NCBI GenBank assembly: GCA_963665075.1
Contig: OY762063.1
Span: forward strand, 502,844-566,843
Source of the DNA: Dehalococcoidia bacterium
GTDB taxonomy: Bacteria; Chloroflexota; Dehalococcoidia; Lucifugimonadales; GCA-2712585
DNA length: 64,000 nucleotides
Direction: 5' to 3'
This document shows positions 27,319 to 36,953 of the stretch, piece after piece. The notes below the pieces were generated by a model. The model ran no database searches. It was not told where the DNA came from and was given only the letters and a program-made list of their open reading frames with translations. A program made the position numbers and the translations under genes. Positions within the stretch are counted from its first letter, which is position 1, and each line of letters begins with the position of its first letter.

Positions 27319-28062
27319 TCAAGGCTCATATCCGCACACGCCCACTTCTTCGGTGTCCTCGCAGTTGACCCCTCGCTCCTCCATCAAGTCGTCAACAAAT
27401 CGGTCTACGTCATCCCTGTTATTGGTATTCAACACGTAGACCTCATACCCCTGCACATAGACAAAATCCTCTGTGTGTCTTTCAATCCGCAGAGCATGAT
27501 TTGGAATTTGCAGATAGGCAGACTTATGCAGCATATACAGTTCCACGGTATAACCTCCTGGTTCAACATCGTACCAATAGAAGAACTCCTCCGCCCCTGG
27601 GTTGTAGAGTCTGGCTTTGTAAGAAAGTTGATGGTTGTCCAGCCTCTCTAATATCCCTTCCCTGCGAAGTTCCCATTCGTCCTTCGGCTGTTCCTCGGAA
27701 AACCACCACGGAATCGACAATATCCCCAACAAGATGCCCAAAGCTAATATGCCCATTACTGAAAACGGCGCCAGCCTGTAGAAGAAGCTATCCGGTTTCT
27801 GCGGGTCGCCATTATCATCCTCGGCAGTCCCCTCCAACCACAACCGGTGCGCGTGATACACATTCCAAACCAAAAGCGGTCCAATGGCAAACACAATAGC
27901 CGCCGGTACCGGCATCATATCCAGCCTGAACAAGGCTATGAACGACGCCAGCAGTGCACATACCAAATAATGAACGGCGAACGCTCGAATGCGTCCCAAC
28001 AGCAGATATCCCAAGCCAAAACCGGGAATGAACGTAAGAAATACTGCTGCGAGATGAATCAT
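27319..28062 (-). CDS. Hypothetical membrane protein (N-terminal TM helices, C-terminal soluble domain)
   Basis: 247 aa with hydrophobic segments (FLTFIPGFGLGYLLL, LVCALLASFIALF, AIVFAIGPLLVW, VMGILALGILLGILSIPWW). It is AT-richer than its neighbours. No family recognised. Confidence 0.6.
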   Translation of the reverse strand: MIHLAAVFLTFIPGFGLGYLLLGRIRAFAVHYLVCALLASFIALFRLDMMPVPAAIVFAIGPLLVWNVYHAHRLWLEGTAEDDNGDPQKPDSFFYRLAPFSVMGILALGILLGILSIPWWFSEEQPKDEWELRREGILERLDNHQLSYKARLYNPGAEEFFYWYDVEPGGYTVELYMLHKSAYLQIPNHALRIERHTEDFVYVQGYEVYVLNTNNRDDVDRFVDDLMEERGVNCEDTEEVGVCGYEP

Positions 28063-28199
28063 GTCGTTCCAAGTCTCCTATCAACCCATCAACAATAAAT
28101 CTACCATCCGTAGCCCCCTCCCCTCCCCCAAAAACGTGCGTCTCCACCACCAAAATGTTACCATCCCCCAAACCCCCAATCCCCACCCAGGAGGCCCCC

Positions 28200-29882
28200 A
28201 TGCCCCACACCACCGGCAACCGCTACGTCGCCCAATTCCTCCAGGCCTACGGCATCGACAGCATCTTCCAGGTCCCCACCGCCTTCTTCGGCGTCATGGC
28301 CGAAATGGAAAACATGAACATCCGCCGCGTCGTCACCCACGGCGAAAAAGCCGCCGCATACATGGCCGACGGCTACGCCCGCGCCCGCAAAGGCCCCGGC
28401 GTCTGCATGGCCCAGAGCATCGGCGCCGCCAACCTCGCCGCCGGCCTCGCCGACGCCTTCATGGCCCAGTCCCCCGTCATCGCCATGACCAACGCCATCC
28501 CCGCCGAGCACCGCTACCGCCACGTCTACCAGGAATACGACCACGCCGCGCCATTCCACTCCGTCACCAAGGCTTCCTACAACGTCGACAAGGTTTCCCG
28601 CATCCCCGACTCCCTCCGGCAGACCTTCCGCGACGCCACCACCGGCTCCCCCGGCCCAGTCCACCTCCACGTCCGCGACGAAGCCCTCTACGCCGACGCC
28701 GACCTCGACCTCGTCATCGAAGACCGCCACAAGCGATACCCCGCCTTCCGTCCCGAACCGACCCTAGACCACGTCAAGGAAGCCGCCCGCCTTATCTCCG
28801 AAGCCCGCCGCCCCGTCATCATCTCCGGCTCCGGCGTCATGGCCTCCGGCGCCTGGAACGAAGTCGCCCAACTCGCCGAAATGCTCACCATCCCCGTCGC
28901 CACCACCCTCAACGGCAAGATGACCCTTGCCGCCGACCATCCCCTCAACGTCGGCGTCGTCGGTCGCTACTCCCACTGGTGCGCCAACCGCATCGTCTCC
29001 GCCGCCGACCTCGTCATCGCCGTCGGCACCCGCCTCGGCGGCATGGCCACCTGGGAATGGCGCGTCCCGCCCGCGGGCACTCCCACCGTTCAGATTGGCA
29101 TTGATCCCTCCGAGTTGGGACGAAACTACCCCGCCGCAGCCGCCGTTCAGGGCGACGCCAAAGTCTCCCTCCAGCGTCTCATCAACGTCCTCGAACCCGT
29201 AAGCCCCCGCCAGGACGTCTTGGACGAAGTGACGAAAATCGTCGGCGAATGGCGCAGCGAGTTCCAGCCCCTCATCGACTCCGACGCCTCCCCCATGCGG
29301 CCCGAGCGCATCGTCAAGGAGATTGCCGAAAACCTCCCCGACGATGCGATGGTCGTCTCCGACACCGGCCACTCCGGCATCTGGTCCGGCGTGATGATGC
29401 CCCTCACCCGCCCCGGCCACAACTACCTGAGATGCGTCGGCTCCCTCGGATGGGGACTCCCCGGCGCCATCGGCGCCAAGCTCGCCCTGCCGGACCGACC
29501 GGTGTTGTGCTTCACCGGCGACGGCGGCTTCTGGTATCACATCGGCGAACTCGAAACCGCCCGACGCCACAACGTCAACCTGGTCGTCGCCGTCAACGAC
29601 AACCGCTCCCTCAACCAGGAAAAAGGCCCCATCGACAACGCTTACGGCGGTAACGCCACCCAGCGCGCCTACGACGACCTGATGATGTTCTCCGACCTCG
29701 ACCTCGCCAAAATCGCCGACGCTATGGGCTGCTACTCCGAGCGCGTCGAACGCCCCGCCGACATCCCCGCCGCCCTCAACCGCGCCTTCGCCGCCAACAA
29801 ACCCGCCCTCCTCGACCTCGTCTCCGACATCACCGCAATGGCCCCCCAAGCCCGCCCCCAGGACTTATTCCCGCTCTCTTGA
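28200..29882 (+). CDS. Thiamine-pyrophosphate-dependent enzyme (acetolactate synthase large-subunit-like family)
   Basis: It begins MPHTTGNRYVAQFLQAYGIDSIFQVP and has the TPP-binding motif GDGGFWYHIGELETARRHNVNLVVAVNDN. The start at 28200 follows the SD AGGAGG. Confidence 0.88.
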   Translation: MPHTTGNRYVAQFLQAYGIDSIFQVPTAFFGVMAEMENMNIRRVVTHGEKAAAYMADGYARARKGPGVCMAQSIGAANLAAGLADAFMAQSPVIAMTNAIPAEHRYRHVYQEYDHAAPFHSVTKASYNVDKVSRIPDSLRQTFRDATTGSPGPVHLHVRDEALYADADLDLVIEDRHKRYPAFRPEPTLDHVKEAARLISEARRPVIISGSGVMASGAWNEVAQLAEMLTIPVATTLNGKMTLAADHPLNVGVVGRYSHWCANRIVSAADLVIAVGTRLGGMATWEWRVPPAGTPTVQIGIDPSELGRNYPAAAAVQGDAKVSLQRLINVLEPVSPRQDVLDEVTKIVGEWRSEFQPLIDSDASPMRPERIVKEIAENLPDDAMVVSDTGHSGIWSGVMMPLTRPGHNYLRCVGSLGWGLPGAIGAKLALPDRPVLCFTGDGGFWYHIGELETARRHNVNLVVAVNDNRSLNQEKGPIDNAYGGNATQRAYDDLMMFSDLDLAKIADAMGCYSERVERPADIPAALNRAFAANKPALLDLVSDITAMAPQARPQDLFPLS

Positions 29883-31208
29883 CAATCTCCATTTACGGTC
29901 ATCTTCTTTCAACAACCTAATGAAGGTACTATAGGAATTAGTGACTGCCCTTGCAGAGGAGTCCAGGCCAGGAAACAGGTTTTCCCGCGTGACGTTAAGG
30001 AGCGTCAAGTCTTCCATGATGCGATGCTTATGTTCTCCAGAAATTATCAGCTTGTAGTGGGCGTAGACCGGAATATCCTTATTCCATTTCAGTATCTCAT
30101 TACGTTCGAATCGTTCGTGGAAAGCAGAAACCAAAAAAGCCCCAGCCTGTGCTCTCAGACGCTCAGATGATTGTTGTGGCTCTACCACGAAGACTTGATA
30201 GAATTCTCTTGGGTCAATCCGCTCTTCGAAATAAGGCTTTTCTTGCCTGATTAGCTGGTATAGAAATCGCATAGCCTGCGAATGTTCATATTCACCACGA
30301 ACCTTGTGATTGCCTAGAGAGTAATGCTTTCCCAAAAGTGCGTCTTTTTCAAAGCGAGTTAACCTAGCAATATTAGATACAATGCTGATTGCATCGCTGT
30401 TGAAAGTCTTGACCAACTCTCTCGGTACTGCAAAAACATGAAGATACCCATTCACTTTGTTCTGTGCCTCATGGCTAGTCTTGTCACAAGCGTGAAACAG
30501 GCCAACCAGTGGATTCCTCGTCACATCCAAGAAACGGGTTTGTAAACCATAATGTTGGGCCAACACCCATTGAGCGAGTGCCGAGGTCATCACGCTGAAT
30601 TCTTCTGGACGATGTGAGACAAGGTCAATTAGCAAATCTCTCTCAAAAACAGCCAGTTCACTTCTCATCACTGAAGGGCGCAAATCCCACTCACATTTGG
30701 ATTCTCCTCGAAAGTATAATGCGACCGTAGAATCGTAGTAATTCTTGAGTGCCTGTATCCTCGGAAGCAACTCTGTAATACTTGTAATCGGTATTTCGTT
30801 GTCGGGATATTGTTTCGGAGACCTAATCACTGATGGAAAAAGAATTGCCTTCCAAGGTTCCGAAGCAGTTATATTGGCCCCTGTAAGATCGGCAAAATGA
30901 AGATTTGCGTTTGTAAGTTCAGCGTCCCATAGGTTAGAGTTGGCAAGTGTGGCGAGTTCTAGGTTAGCGTACGAGAGATCCGCAAGTTTCAAATCTGCCT
31001 TACTGAGATTGGCACCCCAAAGATCAACTCCAACCAATGGAATTCTTCCCTGCCCATCTAGCTTGTCGGCGTTTCTAAATATCCAGTACATTGAGGCATC
31101 TTGGAAATCTGGCCTAAAGGGATATCCTTTGCCTGGGATTTTTTGGCGCCGCTGATTCCAAGCATCTACTCCTTCAAGGAGCCAAGTGATATGTTCAGGG
31201 TTGGCCAT
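29865..31208 (-). CDS. Pentapeptide-repeat / FRG-domain fusion protein
   Basis: 447 aa. The N-terminal part has pentapeptide repeats (GANLSKADLKLADLSYANLELATLANSNLWDAELTNANLHFADLTGANI). The C-terminal part has the FRG hallmarks ALYFRGES and AQHYGLQTRFLDVTRNPLVGLFHAC. The gene is AT-rich, and its 3' end overlaps the convergent TPP gene by 18 bp. Confidence 0.8.
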   Translation of the reverse strand: MANPEHITWLLEGVDAWNQRRQKIPGKGYPFRPDFQDASMYWIFRNADKLDGQGRIPLVGVDLWGANLSKADLKLADLSYANLELATLANSNLWDAELTNANLHFADLTGANITASEPWKAILFPSVIRSPKQYPDNEIPITSITELLPRIQALKNYYDSTVALYFRGESKCEWDLRPSVMRSELAVFERDLLIDLVSHRPEEFSVMTSALAQWVLAQHYGLQTRFLDVTRNPLVGLFHACDKTSHEAQNKVNGYLHVFAVPRELVKTFNSDAISIVSNIARLTRFEKDALLGKHYSLGNHKVRGEYEHSQAMRFLYQLIRQEKPYFEERIDPREFYQVFVVEPQQSSERLRAQAGAFLVSAFHERFERNEILKWNKDIPVYAHYKLIISGEHKHRIMEDLTLLNVTRENLFPGLDSSARAVTNSYSTFIRLLKEDDRKWRLSRERE

Positions 31209-31442
31209 TATCTTGTTTCTCTATATTGTGGTTGCTCGAACCTGTCTACAGCTTTGTCTTTGACTGCAAATTCGGCACACCTTACTGATACCGAGCACTC
31301 TGACTTAAGCCAGACCTCATTATGCCACAATTAAGCAACTAACTCAGCATCTTTTTTGTAATGCAAATTATCACCTTCAAATGTTATCATGGCCTCAGGT
31401 CTTGGCATTGAGCGAAGCGAATTTAATGGCGACACAGAATAG

Positions 31443-32480
31443 ATGAAGATACTAAAGGCACTCATACTCGCGGTTGCATTCCTTTCCGTTGCTATCTCGC
31501 CTCAACCTGTTCAAGCTGACGACGGCAAAATCGCCTTCGCATCAGATCGCGATGGTGACTTTGAGATTTTCAGAATGGACTCCGGCGGATTAGACCAGAC
31601 TCAAATTACACATAACTACTTTCACGATTCAGACCCAAGTTTGGGCCCGTCAAGCCAATTCCCGCAGAGTAGCTCCACCTCAACGCAAGCACCCTTTGGA
31701 AACAGCCAGACCCCTTCCGGTACCTTCGAGGAAGAGGGCTTGGTTTTGCCTCAGCAGTGGTGGACTATTACAATCGAGTTAGTGCTGGGCAACCAGGTTG
31801 TGATCACCTACACTTCAAATGTCAAGGCGGTTGGGGGATACGCCGTATCGGAAGACGCGGTGGTAATCGGGCCGGGGGTTATTCTCAACGTGACAGATCC
31901 ACTCGGCTATTCCATATACTCCGGGGAGCAGGCGGCGGACGGCGGCACCGAGTTTACCGCGGAACTAAACGGCACTTACGAGTTGACATTCCTGAACCCT
32001 GCAGTTCGCAACCTGCAAGAAGTCAAGGTGGAGTATCAGGTAAATGCTACACCTATCCCTTCACCAACGCCTACCCGTCCGTCATTGATTCCTACACCTA
32101 GCATACCTAGACCTACATCAGCAGCCAACGACTGGTTTGCTGCACGCGCGCAGCAACTTACAGAGCGAAACGGACTTGACATGAATGGCGAGGCCGTGCA
32201 GGGCACGCCATCCCCCGGTTCGACAAATTATACTGAACGCGATCTGCAATTTGCAAAGCAACTCGGCATTGATGTGGATAGCAGTGATGTGCAGAACAAG
32301 CCATCCCCATCCCCCACCCCCGCGCCCGAACCAACCCCCGAACGCGGCTTCTTCGTCAACTCCCTCCCATCCAAGGGCAACTCCGGCGATTGGAACTTCA
32401 TGGACCCCGTAACCCTCTCCATCATCGGCATCACGCTAACCCTCTTCGGCACCCTCGTCCAGCTGTTCAGAGGCCGCTAG
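31443..32480 (+). CDS. Secreted/anchored hypothetical protein with one TolB-like PD40 repeat, Pro/Ser-rich linkers and a C-terminal hydrophobic anchor
   Basis: 345 aa. It has a signal-like N-terminus (MKILKALILAVAFLSVAISPQPVQA), a DGKIAFASDRDGDFEIFRMDSGG segment, and a C-terminal LSIIGITLTLFGTLVQLFRGR. Confidence 0.6.
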   Translation: MKILKALILAVAFLSVAISPQPVQADDGKIAFASDRDGDFEIFRMDSGGLDQTQITHNYFHDSDPSLGPSSQFPQSSSTSTQAPFGNSQTPSGTFEEEGLVLPQQWWTITIELVLGNQVVITYTSNVKAVGGYAVSEDAVVIGPGVILNVTDPLGYSIYSGEQAADGGTEFTAELNGTYELTFLNPAVRNLQEVKVEYQVNATPIPSPTPTRPSLIPTPSIPRPTSAANDWFAARAQQLTERNGLDMNGEAVQGTPSPGSTNYTERDLQFAKQLGIDVDSSDVQNKPSPSPTPAPEPTPERGFFVNSLPSKGNSGDWNFMDPVTLSIIGITLTLFGTLVQLFRGR

Positions 32481-32482
32481 CA

Positions 32483-33184
32483 ATGGCAAAAGCAAGCGAA
32501 ACACCCATACTCCCCGACCGAATAACGAAGGTCGCCGCCCGCCTCGCCACCAACGCCGCCCTCGGCCTCCCTTTCTTCCTCATAGGCGTCTTCGGCATCA
32601 CCGCCGCCAACCTCTCCGACCTCTCCCTAATCTTCCTCGCCATCCTCATCCTCGGCGCCGCCATCGTCGCCATCGGCTTCTACGGCAGTGTCCTCACCCG
32701 CCCCAGCCCAACCCTCATGCCCGACGAGCAAATCCACCAACTGCGCCATCCCTCCATGAAGCCTGCAATGGCCCGAATCGCCATGAGCGTCCCCTTCTTC
32801 CTCGCCGCCGCCTACGTCATCGCCTTCACCTACCTACCCTACGTCTACCCCTTCGCCGTCTTCCTCGCCGGCCTCTTCCTATACCTGCGCGGCGTCATCC
32901 GCTACTGGATCAACCACCACACCATCTACTACGTCACCAACCGCCGCGTCGCCCACGCCTACAAGTTCCTCTGGCTCGACACCACCGAAATCCCCGTCGG
33001 CTCCATCAACGCCATCTCCGAAACCCGAAACTTCATCGAAATGCTAACCGGACGCGGCAGCGTCCTCGTAGCCAGCGGCATCAGCGACCGCCACACCGTC
33101 CGAATGCAGGAAATCGACGACCCCGGCCCCGTCGCCCAGGCCATCCGCGCCCAAATCCCAGACCGCCGCCAACCCCCAGGCTAA
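32483..33184 (+). CDS. Membrane protein with a bacterial PH (DUF304/YdbS-like) domain
   Basis: About 233 aa with several TM segments, then YYVTNRRVAHAYKFLWLDTTEIPVGSINAISETRNFIEMLTGRGSVLV. Its start lies 2 nt after the preceding stop. Confidence 0.7.
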   Translation: MAKASETPILPDRITKVAARLATNAALGLPFFLIGVFGITAANLSDLSLIFLAILILGAAIVAIGFYGSVLTRPSPTLMPDEQIHQLRHPSMKPAMARIAMSVPFFLAAAYVIAFTYLPYVYPFAVFLAGLFLYLRGVIRYWINHHTIYYVTNRRVAHAYKFLWLDTTEIPVGSINAISETRNFIEMLTGRGSVLVASGISDRHTVRMQEIDDPGPVAQAIRAQIPDRRQPPG

Positions 33185-33230
33185 CCCTCCCCCTCTTCTC
33201 CCACCCCATACGCCGCCGCCACAACTCGAT

Positions 33231-33719
33231 TTACATCTCTCCCTCTACCCCCTCATCCACCCCATACGCCGCCGCTATCTCTCGCATCCGCGTCAGGCTC
33301 GCCGAAGCGTATTCCGTCGCCTCATACCTCTGTATCTGCTGCTCTTTCAGCCCCAGCCGTTCCGCCAATTCCCTCTGGCTCAGCCCGTTCGCGATGCGCG
33401 CCTGTATCAGCAGCCTGGGAATGTCCCCCAGCCCCTTGAGCGCACCCAGGTCGAACCCGCCGGCCTTCACCGCCTCATACTCCTTCAGTTCCCCCTCCAG
33501 GTCCGCCAATTGGCTGTTGATAGCATCTTGCTGTGCCTTCGCGATAAGCGGATGCACCGCCATATACTCAGCCCTGCTCTCCCTCACGACCCCCACGCCG
33601 GCGCGTATTCCAGCGTTCCCGCCATCCCCCATTTCACGCTCCCTCGCTTCCCCAAGCGCCCTCCTCAACCGCCCTGCCTGCGCCCTGGTAATCCTGTATT
33701 GCCTTTCGTTCTTGATCAT
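33231..33719 (-). CDS. XRE-family HTH protein, HigA-like putative antitoxin
   Basis: 162 aa. It has an N-terminal helix (IKNERQYRITRAQAGRLRRAL) and a C-terminal HTH (RIANGLSQRELAERLGLKEQQIQRYE). Its start overlaps the upstream gene's stop (ATGA). Confidence 0.75.
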   Translation of the reverse strand: MIKNERQYRITRAQAGRLRRALGEAREREMGDGGNAGIRAGVGVVRESRAEYMAVHPLIAKAQQDAINSQLADLEGELKEYEAVKAGGFDLGALKGLGDIPRLLIQARIANGLSQRELAERLGLKEQQIQRYEATEYASASLTRMREIAAAYGVDEGVEGEM

Positions 33720-34156
33720 TCGAATTCCCCCAAGTCTATAGCGATTATGCCCTTCTGCTCCCCTGTGTCTTTGTCCATCTGAAAGAATTCCAGGAAGTAG
33801 GACCCGTCGTCATCTGCGATGTAACCCGCCGGAAACATTTCCCCCAGGTATTTGGCCTTCTGCGCAGCCCTCCCATTTTCGAAGGTGAGCAGCACGGGAT
33901 CTAGTTTGTCCGGATCAACTCCTTCTACTTCCCAACAGGCGTCGAAGTCCCCCGGCATCCCTTTGCTGGTGACAAAGCTCCCATCCACGTAAACTGTCCT
34001 GCATCCCGCATTTTTCAAGTTGACGATTGCCGCTTTCAACCCCGCCAACAGCAGTTTCCTCCATACGTTTCCGCCGAACCTGTGTACAAACTCGTCCCAC
34101 GAGGCCTTGTGAATACCCGGTGGCAGGAGTTTTCCCTCATCAAATTGAGGTATCAC
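33716..34156 (-). CDS. Minimal nucleotidyltransferase-like protein (DUF6932-like), putative toxin partner
   Basis: 146 aa. It has a Pol-beta-type NTase-like signature (VYVDGSFVTSKGMPGDFDACW, i.e. GS...DxD) and is translationally coupled to the HTH gene. Confidence 0.6.
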   Translation of the reverse strand: MIPQFDEGKLLPPGIHKASWDEFVHRFGGNVWRKLLLAGLKAAIVNLKNAGCRTVYVDGSFVTSKGMPGDFDACWEVEGVDPDKLDPVLLTFENGRAAQKAKYLGEMFPAGYIADDDGSYFLEFFQMDKDTGEQKGIIAIDLGEFE

Positions 34157-34241
34157 GACACAACTTTATCATTGTCTTGCCCCCTCGTCAAGTCCTCTTG
34201 GATTCCCGTTGCTACTATCCGGTTTTTGGAAGGAAGCCACG

Positions 34242-34703
34242 CTAACTCCTCTTCCCCACAAGAAACCGCCGTCTCAACGTCACGACCCGCTCCCCCCGTT
34301 GGTTGAACCCCCTGCTCTCGACGTACACAATCCCCCTATCGCCCTTGCTGGTTTCCCGCGCTTCCAGCACCTCCGTCTCCGCATAGATAGTATCCCCGAC
34401 GAACACCGGCCCGTCGTGCGTCACCCGCTCGTACGCCAGGTTCGCCACGGCCTGCCCGCTGGTGTCGCGGACGCTCATCCCCACCACCAGGCTGAACACC
34501 AGCGTCCCATTCACCAATATCCGCCCGTGCTGGTGCGACGCCATGTAGTGAGCGTCGGAATGCAACGGGTTGTCGTTCCGCGTCAGCAGCGAGAACAGGT
34601 TGTTGTCCGACTCTGTAATCGTCTTCCCCGGCCAGTGCTTGAACACCTGACCCGGCTGAAAATCCTCAAACATTCCCCCATAGCGCGAACTCGACTCCGT
34701 CAT
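34242..34703 (-). CDS. MaoC-family (R)-specific enoyl-CoA hydratase/dehydratase (hot-dog fold)
   Basis: 153 aa. It contains FSLLTRNDNPLHSD...GRILVNGTLVFSLVVG, typical of MaoC_dehydratas. Confidence 0.85.
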   Translation of the reverse strand: MTESSSRYGGMFEDFQPGQVFKHWPGKTITESDNNLFSLLTRNDNPLHSDAHYMASHQHGRILVNGTLVFSLVVGMSVRDTSGQAVANLAYERVTHDGPVFVGDTIYAETEVLEARETSKGDRGIVYVESRGFNQRGERVVTLRRRFLVGKRS

Positions 34704-34731
34704 TGCTGCCTATCCTCCTCCGAAGCCCAGC

Positions 34732-35886
34732 CTACACTGCGTACCGACGCAGTAGGCTGCGAGCGATGATTAGCTTCTGTATCTCGTTGGTGCCTTCCCC
34801 GATAATCATAAGCGGCGCGTCCCGGTAGTAACGCTCCAACGGCAGGTCCTTGATATACCCGTATCCCCCGTGGATCCGCATGGCGTCCAGCGTCACCTGG
34901 CCGCAGACTTCGCTGGCGAACAGCTTGGCCATCCCCGCCTCCTCGTCGCACCGCTCGCCCCTGTCCTTCCTGGCCGCCGCGTCGTAGGTCAACAGCCGCG
35001 CGGCGCGAATCTTCGTCGCCATCTCCGCCAGCATCGTCTGTATCGCCTGGTGTTGCGCGATGGGCTTTCCGAAGGTCTCCCGACGCTGAGCGTACCGGAT
35101 AGCCTCCTCGAAGGCCGCTGTCGCAACCCCCACCGCCCGCGCCGCTATGTTTATCCGACCCGCCTCCAACGCCTCCATGACCTGACGAAACCCCCGTCCC
35201 TCCTCCATCCCCACCAGATTCCCCACCGGAGCTAGGCAGTTATCGAATATCAACTCGCACGTGTCCACGCCCCGATACCCCAGCTTCTCCATGTCCGGCC
35301 CCACGCCGAACCCCGGCCCTTTCTCCACCACCAGCGCACTTATCCCTCGATGCGCGGGCCGTGCGTCAATGTCCGTCTTGACCATCACCAGCGCGGCGTG
35401 ACAATTCCGCCCGTTGGTGATGAATAGCTTCCGTCCGTTGACCACATACTCGTCCCCATCCCGCACGGCAACGGTCTGAATAGCCGCCACGTCGCTCCCG
35501 GCCTCAGGCTCCGTCATCGCCAGCGCCCCCCGAATTTCCCCCGACGCCATGCGAGGAAGCCACCGACGCTTCTGCTCCTCCGTCCCGAAGTGCGACACCA
35601 CGTACGCCATGACGGAGTGAGTCCCCAACACGCCGGTTATGCTCATCCACCCCTTCGCCAACTCCTCGAATATCATCGCGAAGGTGGCGTGGTCCAGCCC
35701 CAACCCGCCGTACTCCTCCGGCACGGCAATCCCGAACAGCCCCAACTCCGCCATCTTCTCTACAAGCTCATACGGGTACGAGTCATCCCTATCGTGACGC
35801 GATGCGACGGGCACCACCTCCCGACGCACGAACTCCCGCACGACTGCCAAAATCTGGTTTCTCGTAGCTTGCGACCGTTCTTCCAT
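34732..35886 (-). CDS. Acyl-CoA dehydrogenase
   Basis: It shows ACAD hallmarks: GALAMTEPEAGSD, a C-terminal QIHGGYGY-like segment (RIHGGYGYIKDLPLERYYRDA) and IGEGTNEIQ. ATG 35886 is preferred; the ORF track start is 35925. Confidence 0.9.
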   Translation of the reverse strand: MEERSQATRNQILAVVREFVRREVVPVASRHDRDDSYPYELVEKMAELGLFGIAVPEEYGGLGLDHATFAMIFEELAKGWMSITGVLGTHSVMAYVVSHFGTEEQKRRWLPRMASGEIRGALAMTEPEAGSDVAAIQTVAVRDGDEYVVNGRKLFITNGRNCHAALVMVKTDIDARPAHRGISALVVEKGPGFGVGPDMEKLGYRGVDTCELIFDNCLAPVGNLVGMEEGRGFRQVMEALEAGRINIAARAVGVATAAFEEAIRYAQRRETFGKPIAQHQAIQTMLAEMATKIRAARLLTYDAAARKDRGERCDEEAGMAKLFASEVCGQVTLDAMRIHGGYGYIKDLPLERYYRDAPLMIIGEGTNEIQKLIIARSLLRRYAV

Positions 35887-35981
35887 CCCGCATCCCCCCT
35901 GCATAGACGTTGCCGCCGACGTCAATCGGCCCGCCCACTATATCACAGCGCCGCCAAATGCTTGAGACCATTGAACGACCG

Positions 35982-36385
35982 TCATTCCGACAAAAGCGGG
36001 AATCAATCTTCCTCCTTGAGGAGACCTTTGCATAACCCTTGCTCCCGCGCAAGCGGGAGCCTATCCCCTCCGCTCACCCTAAGCCTGTCCTGAGTCGAAG
36101 GGTCGAGCGCCCTCAAACCAATCACCAACCGCCATTCCCGCCTACCCCTCTCGTCATTCCGACACAAGCCGGAATCCAGTCGCCTCCCTCACACCATCGC
36201 CGATTCGTAGGGGCGGGTTTGAAACCCGCCTTTTCCGCTCACCCTAAGCCTGTCCTGAGCTTGTCGAAGGGTCGAGCGGGCCACGTAAACCTCTTCCCCC
36301 TTGACGGGGGAAGATTGAGATGGGGGTGATTCGTAGAGGGGAAAGGTTAGAGCCTGCCCCGTACTTGATACGGGGATGAGGGTGA
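35982..36385 (+). repeat. Intergenic mosaic of palindromic repeats (families A, H, B, A, E, B, C and a CCCCGTACTTGATACGGGG hairpin)
   Basis: Read directly. It includes GTCATTCCGACAAAAGCGGGAATC, GGAGACCTTTGCATAAC, CGCTCACCCTAAGCCTGTCCTGAG.TCGAAGGGTCGAGCG, GTAGGGGCGGGTTTGAAACCCGCC and CTTCCCCCTTGACGGGGGAAGATTGAGATGGGGGTGA. Confidence 0.85.
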
Positions 36386-36564
36386 TCCGGGTGGGGTGGA
36401 TGATGCATTCGACATTTACTAAATAGGTCTCCTGATGTGGAGGGTTTGGATAGGGATGTCTCTCCCCATCGTTGCCAAATCCCACCCTTTGAGAGTGATG
36501 CAACGGTCTCCGTACTTCGGGGTATCTTGTGGATGTTAATACGAGGACAAAAGGACGCCGCCCA

Positions 36565-36876
36565 TCAACGCCCCAGGATAATCTCATGCCGGCTGATCCT
36601 CATCACCTTGCCGCCACCAATGACCCTGCTAGACGCCTCCGCCTCCTCAACCGACGACACCACCTCGACGCCATTCTCCCTGAACACCCGCTCCCACTCC
36701 CCCGCTTCCTCCAACGCTCGAAGCTGCACCCCGACTGCCTCGTCCAAATTCTCGAACGCTTCCTCAATGGAATCCCCCGACGCAACGGTCCCCAACTCAA
36801 AGCAAGCCGCCACAAACCCGTCCCCATCCCTCTCCCCCACGTTCGTCAAGACGAAATACCCAACCCGCTCCGTCAT
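36565..36876 (-). CDS. HicB-like (UPF0150) antitoxin-fold protein, with no adjacent HicA
   Basis: 103 aa. The segment GFVAACFELGTVASGDSIEEAFENLDEAVGVQLRALEEAGE matches the HicB N-terminal domain pattern. It is the last gene of a same-strand trio with 36954-39147. Confidence 0.6.
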   Translation of the reverse strand: MTERVGYFVLTNVGERDGDGFVAACFELGTVASGDSIEEAFENLDEAVGVQLRALEEAGEWERVFRENGVEVVSSVEEAEASSRVIGGGKVMRISRHEIILGR

Positions 36877-36953
36877 CCTTTGCCGACTCTAGCCACCTGA
36901 TTGTAATCCCAAATGAAAGGAACGACGCCGCATACCGCCCGACGCCAACCCCC

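Noticed and set aside
31443-32480. C-terminal sorting signal (PEP-CTERM or similar) in the secreted Pro-rich protein
   Set aside because: The C-terminus has a hydrophobic helix followed by RGR, but the diagnostic PEP (or LPXTG, or GlyGly-CTERM) motif is absent (it reads MDP), and there is no exosortase or sortase in the window. It is reported only as a generic C-terminal anchor.
36440-36600. Search for a small HicA toxin ORF downstream of the HicB-like gene at 36565-36876 (and around 51727-51801 for the second HicB-like gene)
   Set aside because: I found no ORF with a HicA-like sequence (dsRBD-like, conserved His). The regions contain only short frames or REP-derived sequence.
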